The position numbers and the translations under genes are program-made. A stretch of 64,000 nucleotides of DNA from Mobula hypostoma. Taxonomy: Eukaryota. The stretch covers positions 85,686,001 through 85,750,000 of the forward strand of contig NC_086108.1 of assembly GCF_963921235.1 (NCBI RefSeq), given 5' to 3'. Under the pieces are notes generated by a model. It was not told the origin of the DNA. It searched no databases and worked only from the letters and a program-made list of their open reading frames with translations. Shown here in pieces: positions 62,455 to 64,000 of the stretch (the stretch's first letter is position 1; every line of letters starts with the position of its first letter).

Positions 62455-64000
62455 TAAGACCATAAGATATAGGAGCAGAATTGGGCTATTTGGCCAGTCG
62501 AGTCTGATATGCCATTTCATCATAGCTTATCCAATTTTCCTCTCAGCTCCATCTCTGCCTTCTCCCCGTATCCCTTCACACCCTGACCAATCAAGAATGT
62601 TTCAACCTCTGCCTTAAATATACACTCAGACTTGGCCTTCACAGCTGCCTGTGGCAAAGAATTCCAGAGATTCACCACTCTTAGCCAAAGAAATTCCTCT
62701 TCATCTCCGTTCTAAAAGGACGCCCCTCTATTCTGAGGTGGTGGCCTCTGGTCTTAGGCTCTCCCACCGTAGGAAACATACTTCTCACATATACTCTGTC
62801 AAGGTCTATCACCATTCTATAGGTTTCAATGAAGTCCCCCCTCATCCTTCTGAATTGCAGTGAATCAAATGCCCAGAGCCATCAAATGCTCTTCATATGA
62901 CAAACCGTTCAATACTGGAATCATTTTCGTGAACTTCCTTTGAATCCTCTCCAGTTTCAGAAGATCCCTTCTAAGATAAGGACCCCAGAACTGCTCACAA
63001 TACTGCAAGTGAGATCTCATCAGTGCTTTATAAAGGCTCAACATTACATCCTTGCTTTTATATTCTAGTCCTCTTGAAATGAATGCTAACATTGAATTTG
63101 CCTTCCTCAATACAGACTCAACCTGCAAATTAACCTTTAGGGAATCCTGCACGAGGACTCCCAAGTCCCTTTGTACTTCAGTTTTTTAATATTTTCTCCC
63201 AGTCAGAAAATAGTTAACCCTTTTATTTATTCTATCAAAGTACATGGCCTATACTTCCTGACATTATATTCCATCTACTATTTTTTTGTCCATTCTCCTA
63301 ATCTGTCTAAGTCCTCTGTAGTCTCTCTACTTCCACAAAACTACCTTCCCCTCCAACTACCTGTATGTCATATTCAAATTTTGCCTCAAAGCCACCAATT
63401 CCATCATCCAGGTCATTGACAAATAACATAAAAAGAATCGGTCCCAACATGGAGCCCTGTGGACTACCGCTAGTCATTGGCAGCCAACCAGACTCCCTTT
63501 ATTCCCACTCTTTGCCTCCTGCCAATCAGCCGCTGCTTTATCCATGCTAGAATCTTTCCTATAATGGGACAGGCTCATAGCTTATTAATCAGCTTTATGT
63601 ATGGCACCATGTCAAAGGCCTTCCGAAAATCCAAGTACACAACATCCACCAATTCTCCTTTGTCCATCCTGCTTGTTATTTCTTCAAAGAATTCCAGCAG
63701 ATTTGTTGGGCAAGATTTTCCTTTGAGGAAACCGTGGGGACTACGATCTATTTTGTCATGCACCTCCATGTACCCTGAGATCTCCTTCTTAATAATTGAC
63801 TTCAACATCTTCCCAACCACTGAGGTCAGACTAACTGGCCTATAGATTCCTTTCTCCTGCCTCTCTCTCTTCTTCAAGAGTGGAATGAAATTTGTAATTT
63901 TCCAGTCTTCCAGAAGCATTCCAGAATCTAGTGATTCTTGAAAGATTATTACTAATTCATCCATGATCTGCTCAGCCACCGCTTTCAGAAATCTGGGGTG
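62455..64000 (-). mobile_element. CR1 LINE running off the window end
   Basis: ORFs 63575..63979 (YRPVSLTS..YLDFRKAFD) and 62865..63164; (CATAAGA)n tail. Confidence 0.9.

Overview
Eukaryotic vertebrate genomic DNA, not a prokaryotic locus. The repeat content (CR1, Rex1/Babar, L1/Tx1 and L2 LINEs, Penelope-like elements, HE1/V-SINE-like SINEs, Tc1, hAT and Tigger DNA transposons) suggests a cartilaginous fish, probably a batoid; this is an inference. Every long ORF I recognise is a frameshifted transposon reverse transcriptase, endonuclease or transposase fragment. I cannot identify an intact protein-coding gene. A few short + strand segments with good splice signals may be exons of an unidentified gene with long introns. 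The most interesting structures are: (1) a 209-bp fold-back mini-element flanked by a target-site duplication (TSD), folded exactly at a hammerhead-ribozyme-like core, with about eight related Penelope pLTR cores and degenerate Penelope RT/GIY-YIG remnants elsewhere in the window; (2) non-coding 'YY1-head / polyA-hairpin-tail' retroelements, one family present in two copies; (3) deep transposon nests; (4) an internally deleted Tigger with a ~220-bp palindrome; and (5) a candidate 24-nt Rbfox-flanked microexon. Boundaries of degenerate repeats are approximate, and family names come from motif recognition, not a database search.
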